Part shown: positions 25,821 to 34,019 of the stretch, one piece after another
Layout of the letters: each line of letters begins with the position of its first letter
How positions within the stretch are numbered: position 1 is the first letter of the stretch
Assembly: GCA_046339895.1 (NCBI GenBank)
Contig: JBKDDT010000014.1
Coordinates: forward strand, 10,567-74,566
DNA length: 64,000 nucleotides
Reading direction: 5' to 3'
From: a bacterium
GTDB lineage: Bacteria > Planctomycetota > Phycisphaerae > Phycisphaerales > UBA1924
Notes under the pieces: model-generated
What the model was told of the DNA's origin: nothing
The model's database searches: none
Seen by the model: only the letters and a program-made list of their open reading frames with translations
Translations under genes and position numbers: made by a program

Positions 25821-25918
25821 AGGAGAGGCAATAGGCAATAGGCAATGGGCAATAGGCGCAGCAGCCTGTGCCTTGGCCAAGCACCCACGCGCCGATTGCC
25901 TATTCCCCATTCCCCATG
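25821..25918. repeat. Heptamer-array hairpin element (GGCAATR units), copy B
   Basis: aggagaggcaataggcaataggcaatgggcaataggcg ... cgccgattgcctattccccattccccatgg. Core 25848-25859 pairs with 25889-25900 at 11/12. Outward pairing continues with periodic mismatches. Confidence 0.75.
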
Positions 25919-26093
25919 GCCTGTCCCGAACACCCAAACCTTCCCCGCATGGGCCGGCCTGCGTGGATCGACTAGAATCTAGGCCTGTCGTGCCGCACGT
26001 GCGGCCCGGGTCGTCCGGGGCTTGCCCCGCGCCCGGCGTGACCAGCGATGCTCGCTGATCCGCACGCCAGCAGACGTCTTCACGAGCCGTCCC

Positions 26094-27800
26094 ATGGAAC
26101 CCACAACCAACACCGCCACACCATCCACCACCAGCGCGCCCCACAGCGATGCACCCGATGCACCCGCGACTCCCGCCCCCCAGAGCGAGGCCAAGAGCCT
26201 AGGGCATACCGCAGGTGAGCACGCCCAGAACCCCGGCACGATGGAGGGGAACCTCAAGGGCCTGCCCGCCATCGCCAAGGCCGAGGTCATACGTGCCGAG
26301 GGCGGCCCCGGCGGTGATCGTGGCGGGGACCGTGGCTCGCGCCCGCCCCGCTTGGGTGACCGCAAACGCGACCCCAAGCAGCCGATGGACCTGGGCGAGA
26401 AAGCGCCCAACACCAAAGAGATGCTCGCCAAGATGAACCGCGACTCGGCCGGCGCCACCAGCGACCCGACCCTCGACGCCGAGATCGAGGCGATGATGAA
26501 AGACGCCGCGGCACAGGAGATGCCCCGCGGCAAACGCGAGGTCAAACCCATCGGCGGCGTGCGTTCCTCGGGCATCCGCGGCCCACGCAAGATCGAGTCC
26601 GCACGCGAGCACCGCACCGGCAAGGTCGTCAGCGTCGGGCCCAGCGATATCTTCGTCGAGTTCGGCCCCAAAGAGCTCGGGGTCGTCCCGCGTACGCAGT
26701 ACCCCGACGACCAGCTCCCCGTCGTCGGTGCCGAGCTTGAACTGGTCGTCGACCGCTTCGAGGCCGCCGAGAGCCTCTTTATCTGCTCGCGCCCAGGCCA
26801 GGTCGTCAAGGCCAAGTGGGAGCTGCTCGAGCCGGGTCAGGTCGTCGAGGCGCGCGTAACGGGCGTCAACAAGGGTGGCCTGGAGCTGGAGGTCTGCGAG
26901 CACCGCGCGTTCATGCCCGCCAGCCAGGCGAGCCTCGACCGCGTCGCCGATCTTTCGGTCTTCATCGGCGAGAAGTTCCCGTGCGTCGTTGTGCGCGTCG
27001 AACGCACAGGCCTGGGGAACATCGTCCTGAGCCGGCGCGACATGCTTGCGCAGGAGCGCAAGGAGAAGGCCGCGAAACTCAAGGAGAGCCTGCAAGAGGG
27101 CGCGGTCCTTGACGGCATCGTCCGCAAGATCATGCCCTTCGGCGCGTTCATCGACATTGGGGGCATTGATGGGCTTTGCCACATCAGCGACATGACCTAC
27201 GACCGCGTGATGCCCAGCGAGCGGAACGTCGAGAAGTACGTCAAGGCCGGCGAGTCGGTGCGTGTGCAAGTGCTCAAGGCCGACCTGGAGAACAACAAGA
27301 TCAGCCTGGGGATGAAGCAGCTCGCCGCCGACCCTTTCGCCACGGCCGTCAGCGACGTGTCCGAGGGTGCCGACGTAACCGGGCGTGTGGTGCGTGTAGC
27401 CGAGTTTGGCGCGTTCATCCAGATCGCTCCAGGCGTCGACGGGCTGGTGCACATCAGCGAGGTCAGCCGTAAGCGGATCGGGAAGGTCGAGGAGGTCCTC
27501 AAGGTTGATCAGGTGGTGACCGCACGGGTGCTGAAGATCGACCCGACGACTCGGAAGATCAGCCTGAGCCTCAAGGTGCTCCAGGCCGAGGAACCGCCCG
27601 CGCCGGGCAGCCGCGAGGCGGTGATGAGCGAGAAGCGTGCCGCACGCGACAAGGCGGCTCAGGACCGGCTCAAGGAAATCCAGAAGGAAACCCCCGAGCT
27701 CCGCCGGCAGCGTGAGAAGTTCCGCAACAAGCAGCTCACCGGCGGCTTCGGCAAGGGGATGGAGTTCCTCGGCGGTGGGCTGGGGGATCTGAAGTTGTAG
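26094..27800 (+). CDS. rpsA: 30S ribosomal protein S1
   Basis: ATG 26094. ~100-aa low-complexity N-terminal extension, then repeated S1 domains (GKVVSVGPSDIFVEFG, VEARVTGVNKGGLELEV, LDGIVRKIMPFGAFIDIGGIDGLCHISD, VTGRVVRVAEFGAFIQIAPGVDGLVHISE). Confidence 0.9.
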   Translation: MEPTTNTATPSTTSAPHSDAPDAPATPAPQSEAKSLGHTAGEHAQNPGTMEGNLKGLPAIAKAEVIRAEGGPGGDRGGDRGSRPPRLGDRKRDPKQPMDLGEKAPNTKEMLAKMNRDSAGATSDPTLDAEIEAMMKDAAAQEMPRGKREVKPIGGVRSSGIRGPRKIESAREHRTGKVVSVGPSDIFVEFGPKELGVVPRTQYPDDQLPVVGAELELVVDRFEAAESLFICSRPGQVVKAKWELLEPGQVVEARVTGVNKGGLELEVCEHRAFMPASQASLDRVADLSVFIGEKFPCVVVRVERTGLGNIVLSRRDMLAQERKEKAAKLKESLQEGAVLDGIVRKIMPFGAFIDIGGIDGLCHISDMTYDRVMPSERNVEKYVKAGESVRVQVLKADLENNKISLGMKQLAADPFATAVSDVSEGADVTGRVVRVAEFGAFIQIAPGVDGLVHISEVSRKRIGKVEEVLKVDQVVTARVLKIDPTTRKISLSLKVLQAEEPPAPGSREAVMSEKRAARDKAAQDRLKEIQKETPELRRQREKFRNKQLTGGFGKGMEFLGGGLGDLKL

Positions 27801-27830
27801 GTTTGAGGGGTGAGGTGTTAGGTTCTAGGG
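27801..27830. repeat. GGTGAGN/GGTTNNAGGG degenerate array, left boundary of the rpsA/PP2C spacer
   Basis: gtttgaggggtgaggtgttaggttctaggg. tgaggggtgag (27804-27814) is the exact reverse complement of 28190-28200. Confidence 0.6.
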
Positions 27831-27839
27831 TTGATTCAG

Positions 27840-27892
27840 GACCCCTCCCCCAGAACGTTTTGGCGGGAGGGGCAGCGGTGGGGTTGGCCAAG
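27840..27892 (-). repeat. GC-rich palindromic (REP-like) repeat, copy 2 (inverted)
   Basis: The reverse complement reads cttggccaaccccaccgctgcccctcccgccaaaacgttctgggggaggggtc, nearly colinear with copy 1. Confidence 0.75.
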
Positions 27893-28189
27893 CCCTCGAA
27901 GCCCGATCGTCGATCGGTACAACGTAAGTTTTCGCATCGCCGCGTCTGACAAACCGCGTGCCAGAATCGGCTCATCACCGCTTCATTGCGCGCAGTTATC
28001 GCGCAAACATATGGATATGCGCCACGATGGCCCACACGCCTGGCCGAGGGGTTGGGCATACCTGTGCATCCTCTGCCGACTGGACGCCTGTAAAGCCCGG
28101 CAAACCACCGCCGTGGGGGTGGGCGCAACTGCGCGGGGATCGGGGTCGGTGCGCGCAAATTGAAACCTATGCCACAAAAACAAAAACCG

Positions 28190-28218
28190 CTCACCCCTCA
28201 CCACTCACCACTCACCAC
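28190..28218. repeat. CTCACCA heptamer array, right boundary of the rpsA/PP2C spacer
   Basis: ctcacccctcaccactcaccactcaccac, about four heptamer units. Confidence 0.65.
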
Positions 28219-28224
28219 AGGTCG

Positions 28225-29988
28225 CTACTTCACCCGCAGGACCACCAGCGTGATGTCATCGTTGGCCACGCGGACGCCAGCGAACTGGCGGATGGTCCAC
28301 ATGAGTTTCTCGACGATCTCGCTGGCCGTCGCGTCGGGCTTGTTCTGCATGAGCAGTGCGACGGCCTCGATGACACGGGTGCGTGTGAAGCGGTTGGAGG
28401 CGAAGTCTGCGGCATCGGTCAGCCCGTCGGTGTAGACGACCAGCACGTCGCCGGGGGTGAGCTTCTCGCGCCCGACGTGGTACTGCTGTCCTGGGTCGAT
28501 GGCCAGGGCCATGTCGTAGGTCGTCAGCTCGCGTACCTCGGCACGGGCGTTGCGGAGTGAGAACAGCAGAGCCGGGTCGTGCCCGGCGGCGGTGTAGGTA
28601 ACCGTCAGCGTCTCGGGGCAGACCAGGCCCGACCACATCGTGATGAACTCGCTTTCGAGTGTGTCGCGCACGGCCGAGGCGTTGACGCGGGCGATCACCT
28701 CGTTGAGGGCGTGGCCCGAGGCGGCAAAGGCACGCACGCTGGCACGCACCGAGCTCATGATCAGCGCGGCGGGGACACCCTTGCCTACCACGTCGCCCAC
28801 AACCACCGCCAGTTTGCCGCCGGACTCGAAGAGGTCGTAGAAGTCGCCGCCCAGGTCGAAACTCGGGACATACTTGGCCGCGATGTCAAAGGGTGAAAAG
28901 ACCGGGAGCGTGCGCGGGAGCATGCGCCTTTGCACGTCCGCGGCCAGGCGGAGCTGGCGGCGCATCTTCTCGTCCTGGGAGCGCAACTGCCTCAGGCGTG
29001 CGTGGGCCAGCGCCATGGCGGCGTGGTCGGCGATCGAGCGGAGGAGGTTTTTTTGGTTGTCCGTCAGTTCCCTGGGCGTGCGCGAGTAGAGGCGGATCAA
29101 CCCCGAGGCGCGTCCGGCGAAGATCAGGCCCGTGCTGACGAGGCTGACGATCCCCTCGGCCTGGGCGCGCGAGGCGTCAGCGATGCGCGGGTCGCTGGTG
29201 ATGTCCCCCACCGCGACGACCTCGCCACGGAGTGCGGCTTGGCGGAGCTGCCCGTCGATGGACAGGGGTGAACTCTCGGCTAGCCACTGCTGCGACAGCC
29301 CGCGGGTTGCCTTGTGGCGCAGCACCGGCTCGCTGCCGGGTGTCAGCGGGTCGTCCAGGACGCTGATGCTCCCGGCGTCCATCTTGAGCACATCCAGGGC
29401 CAGGTCGAGGGCGGCGAGCAGGAGTTTGTCGGGGTCGTCGGCCTTGACGAGCAGGGAGGAGAGTCGGAACAGCGCGTCGAGTGAATCGACGCGTTGGCGC
29501 ATGAGCAGCGCGCCTTCGATGTACTCGACGGCGGTGGATGCCAGGATGGTTACAGCACGCTCGAGGGCCCGGCGGGCGGTGGGGTCGGCGGCGCCCCAGT
29601 CGGCGGGCATGGCCAGGGTGCCCACGTCGCCGATGCTGGTGCGGACGGGCGCGATGAAGAGAGTTTCTTCGTCGGCGGGCTGGCGGTTGACCAGGGCGTA
29701 GGCGCGGGCCCGGCCGGGGGTTTCGGGGACGCTGCGCCAGCGTGCCTGCCCGTCGCCTGGGACGATGACTTGGCCGTCGGCATCGCGGAGCCAGACGGGG
29801 ACGCCGCTCATGCGTGTGAGTTCATCGCACATGCGGGCGAGGGAGCCGTCGGTGAGGAAGTCGCGCACGGATAGCCCGACCTCACCCTGGGTGGTCTGGG
29901 CGGGGTCGATGGGGGGAGTCTGCATGGCCGCCGGGAGCCCGGCACGGGGTTCGATCATCGCGTCAGGCTCGTACGTCTGGAGGTCCAT
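28225..29988 (-). CDS. GAF-domain PP2C/SpoIIE-family serine phosphatase (RsbU-like)
   Basis: 587 aa. N-terminal GAF-like regions, then a SpoIIE domain (GGDFYDLF, VVGDVVGKGVPAALIMS, VVYTDGLTDA). Confidence 0.85.
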   Translation of the reverse strand: MDLQTYEPDAMIEPRAGLPAAMQTPPIDPAQTTQGEVGLSVRDFLTDGSLARMCDELTRMSGVPVWLRDADGQVIVPGDGQARWRSVPETPGRARAYALVNRQPADEETLFIAPVRTSIGDVGTLAMPADWGAADPTARRALERAVTILASTAVEYIEGALLMRQRVDSLDALFRLSSLLVKADDPDKLLLAALDLALDVLKMDAGSISVLDDPLTPGSEPVLRHKATRGLSQQWLAESSPLSIDGQLRQAALRGEVVAVGDITSDPRIADASRAQAEGIVSLVSTGLIFAGRASGLIRLYSRTPRELTDNQKNLLRSIADHAAMALAHARLRQLRSQDEKMRRQLRLAADVQRRMLPRTLPVFSPFDIAAKYVPSFDLGGDFYDLFESGGKLAVVVGDVVGKGVPAALIMSSVRASVRAFAASGHALNEVIARVNASAVRDTLESEFITMWSGLVCPETLTVTYTAAGHDPALLFSLRNARAEVRELTTYDMALAIDPGQQYHVGREKLTPGDVLVVYTDGLTDAADFASNRFTRTRVIEAVALLMQNKPDATASEIVEKLMWTIRQFAGVRVANDDITLVVLRVK

Positions 29989-30208
29989 ATCCTATCAAAA
30001 TACAAACAAAAAATCAAAAGCGGCCATTCCGAGGGGGTCTTCTTGCCCATTCTTCCATCAGTTCGTGCCATCCGCATCTTTGGATTACGAACATAGTGCG
30101 AATATGGGAGATTCATCATAGGCAGAAGTGCTGAGGTGGAGGGGGGGGGTGAGGGGGATTGTTGGGCCTTTGCCGACGCTTGGTGTGCGAGGGCGATACC
30201 CTTTGGCG

Positions 30209-30709
30209 ATGATGGCGTTGCCTGATTTACCGACTGCGGGGGGTTCGAGCGTTGAGGTGCTTGATCCTGGGGGTGTGTTGTCTGCGGCGGATGTTGGGTG
30301 GTTGGTGGGTCGGACGGCGGAGGCGTTGGGCGTGCTGGGTGCGGGGGGGAGTGTTTCGGTGAAGGTGGTTGGGGATGTGGAGATGGCCGGGGCACACGGG
30401 CGGTGGTTGGGGGTGGCCGAGACGACCGACGTGCTGACGTTTGACTTGGGGAGCGACCCGGCTGTTGGGGGGGTGCATGCTGATATGTTGGTCTGCTTTG
30501 AGCAGGCCAAGCGGGAGGGTGCCCAGCGTGGGCATGAGGCTCGGCAGGAACTGTTGCTGTACATTATCCACGGCATCTTGCACTGCCTTGGGCACGACGA
30601 CCAGGACGAGGCGGGGTATGTGAGGATGCACGCGGAGGAGGACCGGGTGCTGCGGGCGATGGGGGTGGGGATGACCTTTGCCCGCCCAGCGGGCGGGGGT
30701 GGAGCATGA
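30209..30709 (+). CDS. ybeY: rRNA maturation endoribonuclease YbeY
   Basis: HGILHCLGHDD zinc motif. ATG 30209 was chosen (ORF track GTG 30128). Confidence 0.85.
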   Translation: MMALPDLPTAGGSSVEVLDPGGVLSAADVGWLVGRTAEALGVLGAGGSVSVKVVGDVEMAGAHGRWLGVAETTDVLTFDLGSDPAVGGVHADMLVCFEQAKREGAQRGHEARQELLLYIIHGILHCLGHDDQDEAGYVRMHAEEDRVLRAMGVGMTFARPAGGGGA

Positions 30710-32061
30710 TGGCCGTGGCGCCTTGGCTGGTGTGGATTGGTGTTGGCCTGACGATTTTGTCGGCGTTCGTGAGCACGTTGTTGTTGGCGTTGACGATCGT
30801 GCCGAGGGCGGCGGTGGAGGAACTAGCCGAGAAGGTGGGGAAGCCTGCGTTGGTGCGTCGTGCGTCGGTGGTGATGACCGACTGGGTGGGGCATGCGCGG
30901 GCGTTGTGGTTGGTGCGGATCGTTATTGACCTGTGTGCGGCGTGGTGCGCGGTTGTGTATGTGGCGTATGTGCGTTCGGGTGGGTTGGCGCCGACGTGGG
31001 TCGATGCGTTGATCGGGCTGACGGCGACGGGCGTGGTGCTGTGGGTGGCGACGGGGGTGGTGCCGCTGGCGGTGGCGCAGCATGCCGGGGCGCGGGTGCT
31101 GGTTGGGCGGGCTGGGTTTATCCGTGGGGTGCACCTGCTGAGCGGCCCGGTTGCGGTGGTTGGGCGGTTTGCCGATGAGGTGGTGCGCCGGCTGGTGGGT
31201 GTGGAGCGGAAGGGTGCCGAGGAGCAGGTGGAGCAGGAGTTGATGACGGTGGTGGAGGAGGCGGAGGCGTCGGGCGCGTTGGACGGGCAGGAGGCGGAGA
31301 TGCTCGCGAGCGTGATGCGTTTTGGGGGGTTAAATGTCGCGCAGATCATGACGCCCAGGACGGACGTGGAGGCGATCGAGCTGACGAGTGATTTGGGTGC
31401 GGTGATCCGTGCGGTCCGGCAGGTGAAGCACTCGCGGATACCGGTCTATGAGGGGAGCCTGGATTCGGTCGTTGGGATTTTCTATGTCAAGGACCTGATG
31501 ATGTGGCTGGGTGGTGAGGGGAAGGTCAAGGGCGCGCCGTTTAACCTGCGCGACCTGTTGCGGCCGGCGATCTTTGTGCCCGAGACCAAGACGATCCGCG
31601 ACCTGCTGCGGGAGTTGATGGAGAAGAAGGTGCACATCGCGCTGGTGGCCGATGAGTATGGGGGTACGGCGGGGCTGGTTACGATCGAGGACATCGTCGA
31701 GGAGATCTTTGGGGATATCAAGGATGAGTATGAGGCGCCGACGCCCGAGGCGCCCGACGCGGTGGTGAAACTCGATGAGCGGACGGCGGAGCTGGACGCG
31801 GCGGCGCGGATCGATGACGTCAATGAACTCATCGAGCCGCTGGGTGTGCAGTTGCCGGCCAGTGAGGATTATGACACGGTGGGTGGGTTTGTGATGACGA
31901 CGCTGGGGCGGATTCCCTCGGCGGGAGAGCACTTCACGCACCGGGGGATGCACCTGACGATCCTGGAGGCGAAGCCGACGCGGGTGGTGAAGGTGAAGCT
32001 GCGTGTGCGGGACGAGGCGGCGATCGAGGCCGAGGGCGAGCCAGCGCGGGAGTACCGGTGA
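30706..32061 (+). CDS. CNNM/CorC-HlyC family transporter-associated protein (DUF21-CBS-CorC_HlyC)
   Basis: The start overlaps the ybeY stop. TM DUF21 region, CBS pair, and IALVADEYGGTAGLVTIEDIVEEIFGDI. ybeY-corC synteny is common. Confidence 0.85.
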   Translation: MMAVAPWLVWIGVGLTILSAFVSTLLLALTIVPRAAVEELAEKVGKPALVRRASVVMTDWVGHARALWLVRIVIDLCAAWCAVVYVAYVRSGGLAPTWVDALIGLTATGVVLWVATGVVPLAVAQHAGARVLVGRAGFIRGVHLLSGPVAVVGRFADEVVRRLVGVERKGAEEQVEQELMTVVEEAEASGALDGQEAEMLASVMRFGGLNVAQIMTPRTDVEAIELTSDLGAVIRAVRQVKHSRIPVYEGSLDSVVGIFYVKDLMMWLGGEGKVKGAPFNLRDLLRPAIFVPETKTIRDLLRELMEKKVHIALVADEYGGTAGLVTIEDIVEEIFGDIKDEYEAPTPEAPDAVVKLDERTAELDAAARIDDVNELIEPLGVQLPASEDYDTVGGFVMTTLGRIPSAGEHFTHRGMHLTILEAKPTRVVKVKLRVRDEAAIEAEGEPAREYR

Positions 32062-32089
32062 AGCAGAGAAACTACTTGGCGAGCAGGGC

Positions 32090-33274
32090 TTGATCGACCT
32101 GGACAACAACGCGACGACGCGGCCGGCGCCGGAGGTTGTCGTGGCGATGGCGCGGTGCATGCAGGAGGCGTGGCAGAACCCTTCGAGCGTGCACAGGGGT
32201 GGGCAGGAGGCGCGTCGGCTTGTTGAGTTGGCGCGCGTCAGCGTTGCGGGGTTGATCGGGGCGAAGCCGAGGGAGGTTACATTTACCAGTGGTGGAACCG
32301 AGTCGATCGACCTGGCGATCCGCGGGACGGTGGGGCGGCTGGCGCTTGGCGGAGAGGGGGTGCCGGTGTTGGTAACGACGGGTGTTGAGCACAGCGCGGT
32401 GGGTGGGTTGGTTGAGGAGTTGGTCAAGCAAGGCGCGTGCACTCGGCGGCTGCTGGCGGTGGATGGGGACGGTCGGGTTCGGATGGAGGGGGCGCGGCAG
32501 GTGATCAGCGGCGCGGCGATCGTGAGCGTGCAGTGGGCGAACAACGAGACGGGGGTGATCCAGCCGATCGGTGAGATTGCGGCGTTGTGCAGGGAGGCGG
32601 GTGCGACGCTGCACTGCGATGGGACGCAGTGGGTGGGGAAGATGCCGACGGATGTGAGGGAGAGCGGGGTGGATTTGTTGACCTTCTCGCCGCATAAGTT
32701 TCATGGTCCCAAGGGTGTTGGTGTGCTGTGGCAGCGTGCGGGTGTGCAGTTACGGCCGGTGCTGATGGGGACGCAGGAGCAGGGCCGGCGTGGCGGGACG
32801 GAGAACGTGCCGGGGATTGTGGGTGCGGGTGTGGCGGCGGGGTTGGCGCGGGAGTTTTTGGCCGAGGGTGGGTTGCGTGTGCGACTGGGGGAGATGCGTG
32901 ATGCGTTTGAGCGGCGGGTGGTGGAGCTGACGGGGGTGGTTACGCCTGGGGTGCGGGTGAACTCGGCGGGTTCGGCGAGGTTGTGGAACACGAGCAACAT
33001 TGCGTTTGCGGGGCTGGAGGCGGAGGCATTGCTGTTGGCGCTGAGCGAGCGTGGGGTGCTGGCCTCGGCAGGTGCGGCGTGCAGCTCGGGTTCGCTGGAG
33101 CCAAGCCCTGTGCTGCTGGCGATGGGGATCGAGCCGAGGGCGGCGCACGGGAGTATCCGGTTTTCGATCAGCCGGGATACGACCTGGGAGGAGTTAGAGC
33201 GTGCGGCGGGGATAATCGCGGAGTGTGTGGGGAGGTTGGCAGGGGTGATGGGGTGGATGGGCAATAGGCAATAG
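32090..33274 (+). CDS. Cysteine desulfurase (class V aminotransferase, NifS/IscS-like)
   Basis: TTG 32090 gives MIDLDNNATTRP, a canonical N-terminus. ORF track start 32003 would overlap corC. PLP-lysine context FSPHKFHGPKGVG. The C-terminal WMGNRQ tail and the stop lie inside a repeat arm. Confidence 0.85.
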   Translation: MIDLDNNATTRPAPEVVVAMARCMQEAWQNPSSVHRGGQEARRLVELARVSVAGLIGAKPREVTFTSGGTESIDLAIRGTVGRLALGGEGVPVLVTTGVEHSAVGGLVEELVKQGACTRRLLAVDGDGRVRMEGARQVISGAAIVSVQWANNETGVIQPIGEIAALCREAGATLHCDGTQWVGKMPTDVRESGVDLLTFSPHKFHGPKGVGVLWQRAGVQLRPVLMGTQEQGRRGGTENVPGIVGAGVAAGLAREFLAEGGLRVRLGEMRDAFERRVVELTGVVTPGVRVNSAGSARLWNTSNIAFAGLEAEALLLALSERGVLASAGAACSSGSLEPSPVLLAMGIEPRAAHGSIRFSISRDTTWEELERAAGIIAECVGRLAGVMGWMGNRQ

Positions 33275-33345
33275 GCAAGAGGCGCGGTTGGTTTGTGCGG
33301 TGCCGGATGACTGGTTGCGTCTGTTGCCTATTGCCTCTGTTGGGC
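33259..33345. repeat. Heptamer-array hairpin element (GGCAATA units), copy C
   Basis: 33266-33285 is complementary to 33317-33336 at 18/20 (hand count), with a 31-nt loop. The stops of both convergent genes lie in the arms. Confidence 0.8.
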
Positions 33346-33945
33346 ATTCTCGATCGTTGCCGCTAAGCTCCTGGCTTGCGTTACGAGTTTTCCCGCTTCG
33401 TTGATGACTGAAGCTCGGCGGGTTTGGTCGGTGAGCAAGGGTGCGTTTACCAGCACGTTGCAGAGGCTTGCGCGAGCGGCGGCCTCGGCGAGTACTGCGG
33501 CGATTTTCAGGTCGCTGGCGAGGTGCTTGTTGGTGATGTTTGTGAGGTTGGCGCAGAGGGTTGCTAGTTCGACGCTGAGGTGGAGTGTGCGTAGAGGGAC
33601 GTTGAGGGCGTGCTCGATGGCGGCGGGGAGGTCGCTGGCGCGTTGGGGGTTGTCTGGGGGGAGGCGTTGGAGTGTGTTGAGGTTGGCGTAGGCGTGGGCG
33701 TCTTCGTCGCCGAGGGCGAGGAAGTGGGTGGTGGTGGTAGTGAGGTGTTGCTGGGCTTGTTGGAGGGGGTGTTGGTGGGCTGAGAGGTCTTTGCGGTTGA
33801 GGGAGTAGGAGACGACCATGTTTGCGAGAGCAGCGGCGAGCGCGCCGGTGGTGGCGGCGATTGCGCCGCCGCCTGGGGTTGGGGATTTGCTGGCCGTGGC
33901 TTGGAGGAGGGCGTTGAGGGGCATTTCGCTGAGGGTCGTGGTCAT
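33328..33945 (-). CDS. Cyclodeaminase/cyclohydrolase family protein (FTCD C-terminal-like)
   Basis: ASKSPTPGGGAIAATTGALAAALANMV motif. ATG 33945 (MTTTLSEMPLNALL) was chosen; ORF track start is 34008. The stop lies inside a repeat arm. Confidence 0.7.
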   Translation of the reverse strand: MTTTLSEMPLNALLQATASKSPTPGGGAIAATTGALAAALANMVVSYSLNRKDLSAHQHPLQQAQQHLTTTTTHFLALGDEDAHAYANLNTLQRLPPDNPQRASDLPAAIEHALNVPLRTLHLSVELATLCANLTNITNKHLASDLKIAAVLAEAAARASLCNVLVNAPLLTDQTRRASVINEAGKLVTQARSLAATIENAQQRQ

Positions 33946-34019
33946 GGGGAGCTCGGGGGGTTGCATGGGGGTATTGGATGATTGGCGTGCCGGGGGAGCG
34001 TCGCCCATACCATGCAGGG

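Noticed and set aside
25821-25918. Heptamer arrays (here and at 14367, 33259, 28190) as CRISPR arrays.
   Set aside because: Units are 7-14 nt in direct tandem without spacers, arranged as inverted arms. There are no cas genes.
27836-28190. Degenerate four-helix-bundle pseudogene inside the rpsA/PP2C spacer. A minus-frame peptide contains ...SRFW..., reminiscent of ETRFW.
   Set aside because: Spacing to other family positions does not fit, and no second motif (GANI.EA, S..DF) is found in any frame. The resemblance is probably chance. The region is reported only as unexplained.
28171-30027. A-rich direct repeats (acaaaaacaaaaaccgc at about 28174-28190 and acaaacaaaaaatcaaaagcgg at about 30009-30030) flanking the PP2C gene, as possible mobile-element boundaries.
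   Set aside because: They are low-complexity A-runs. On the coding (minus) strand they are most simply a 3' U-rich tract and an AT-rich promoter/5' UTR. There is no target-site duplication, integrase or compositional shift across the gene.
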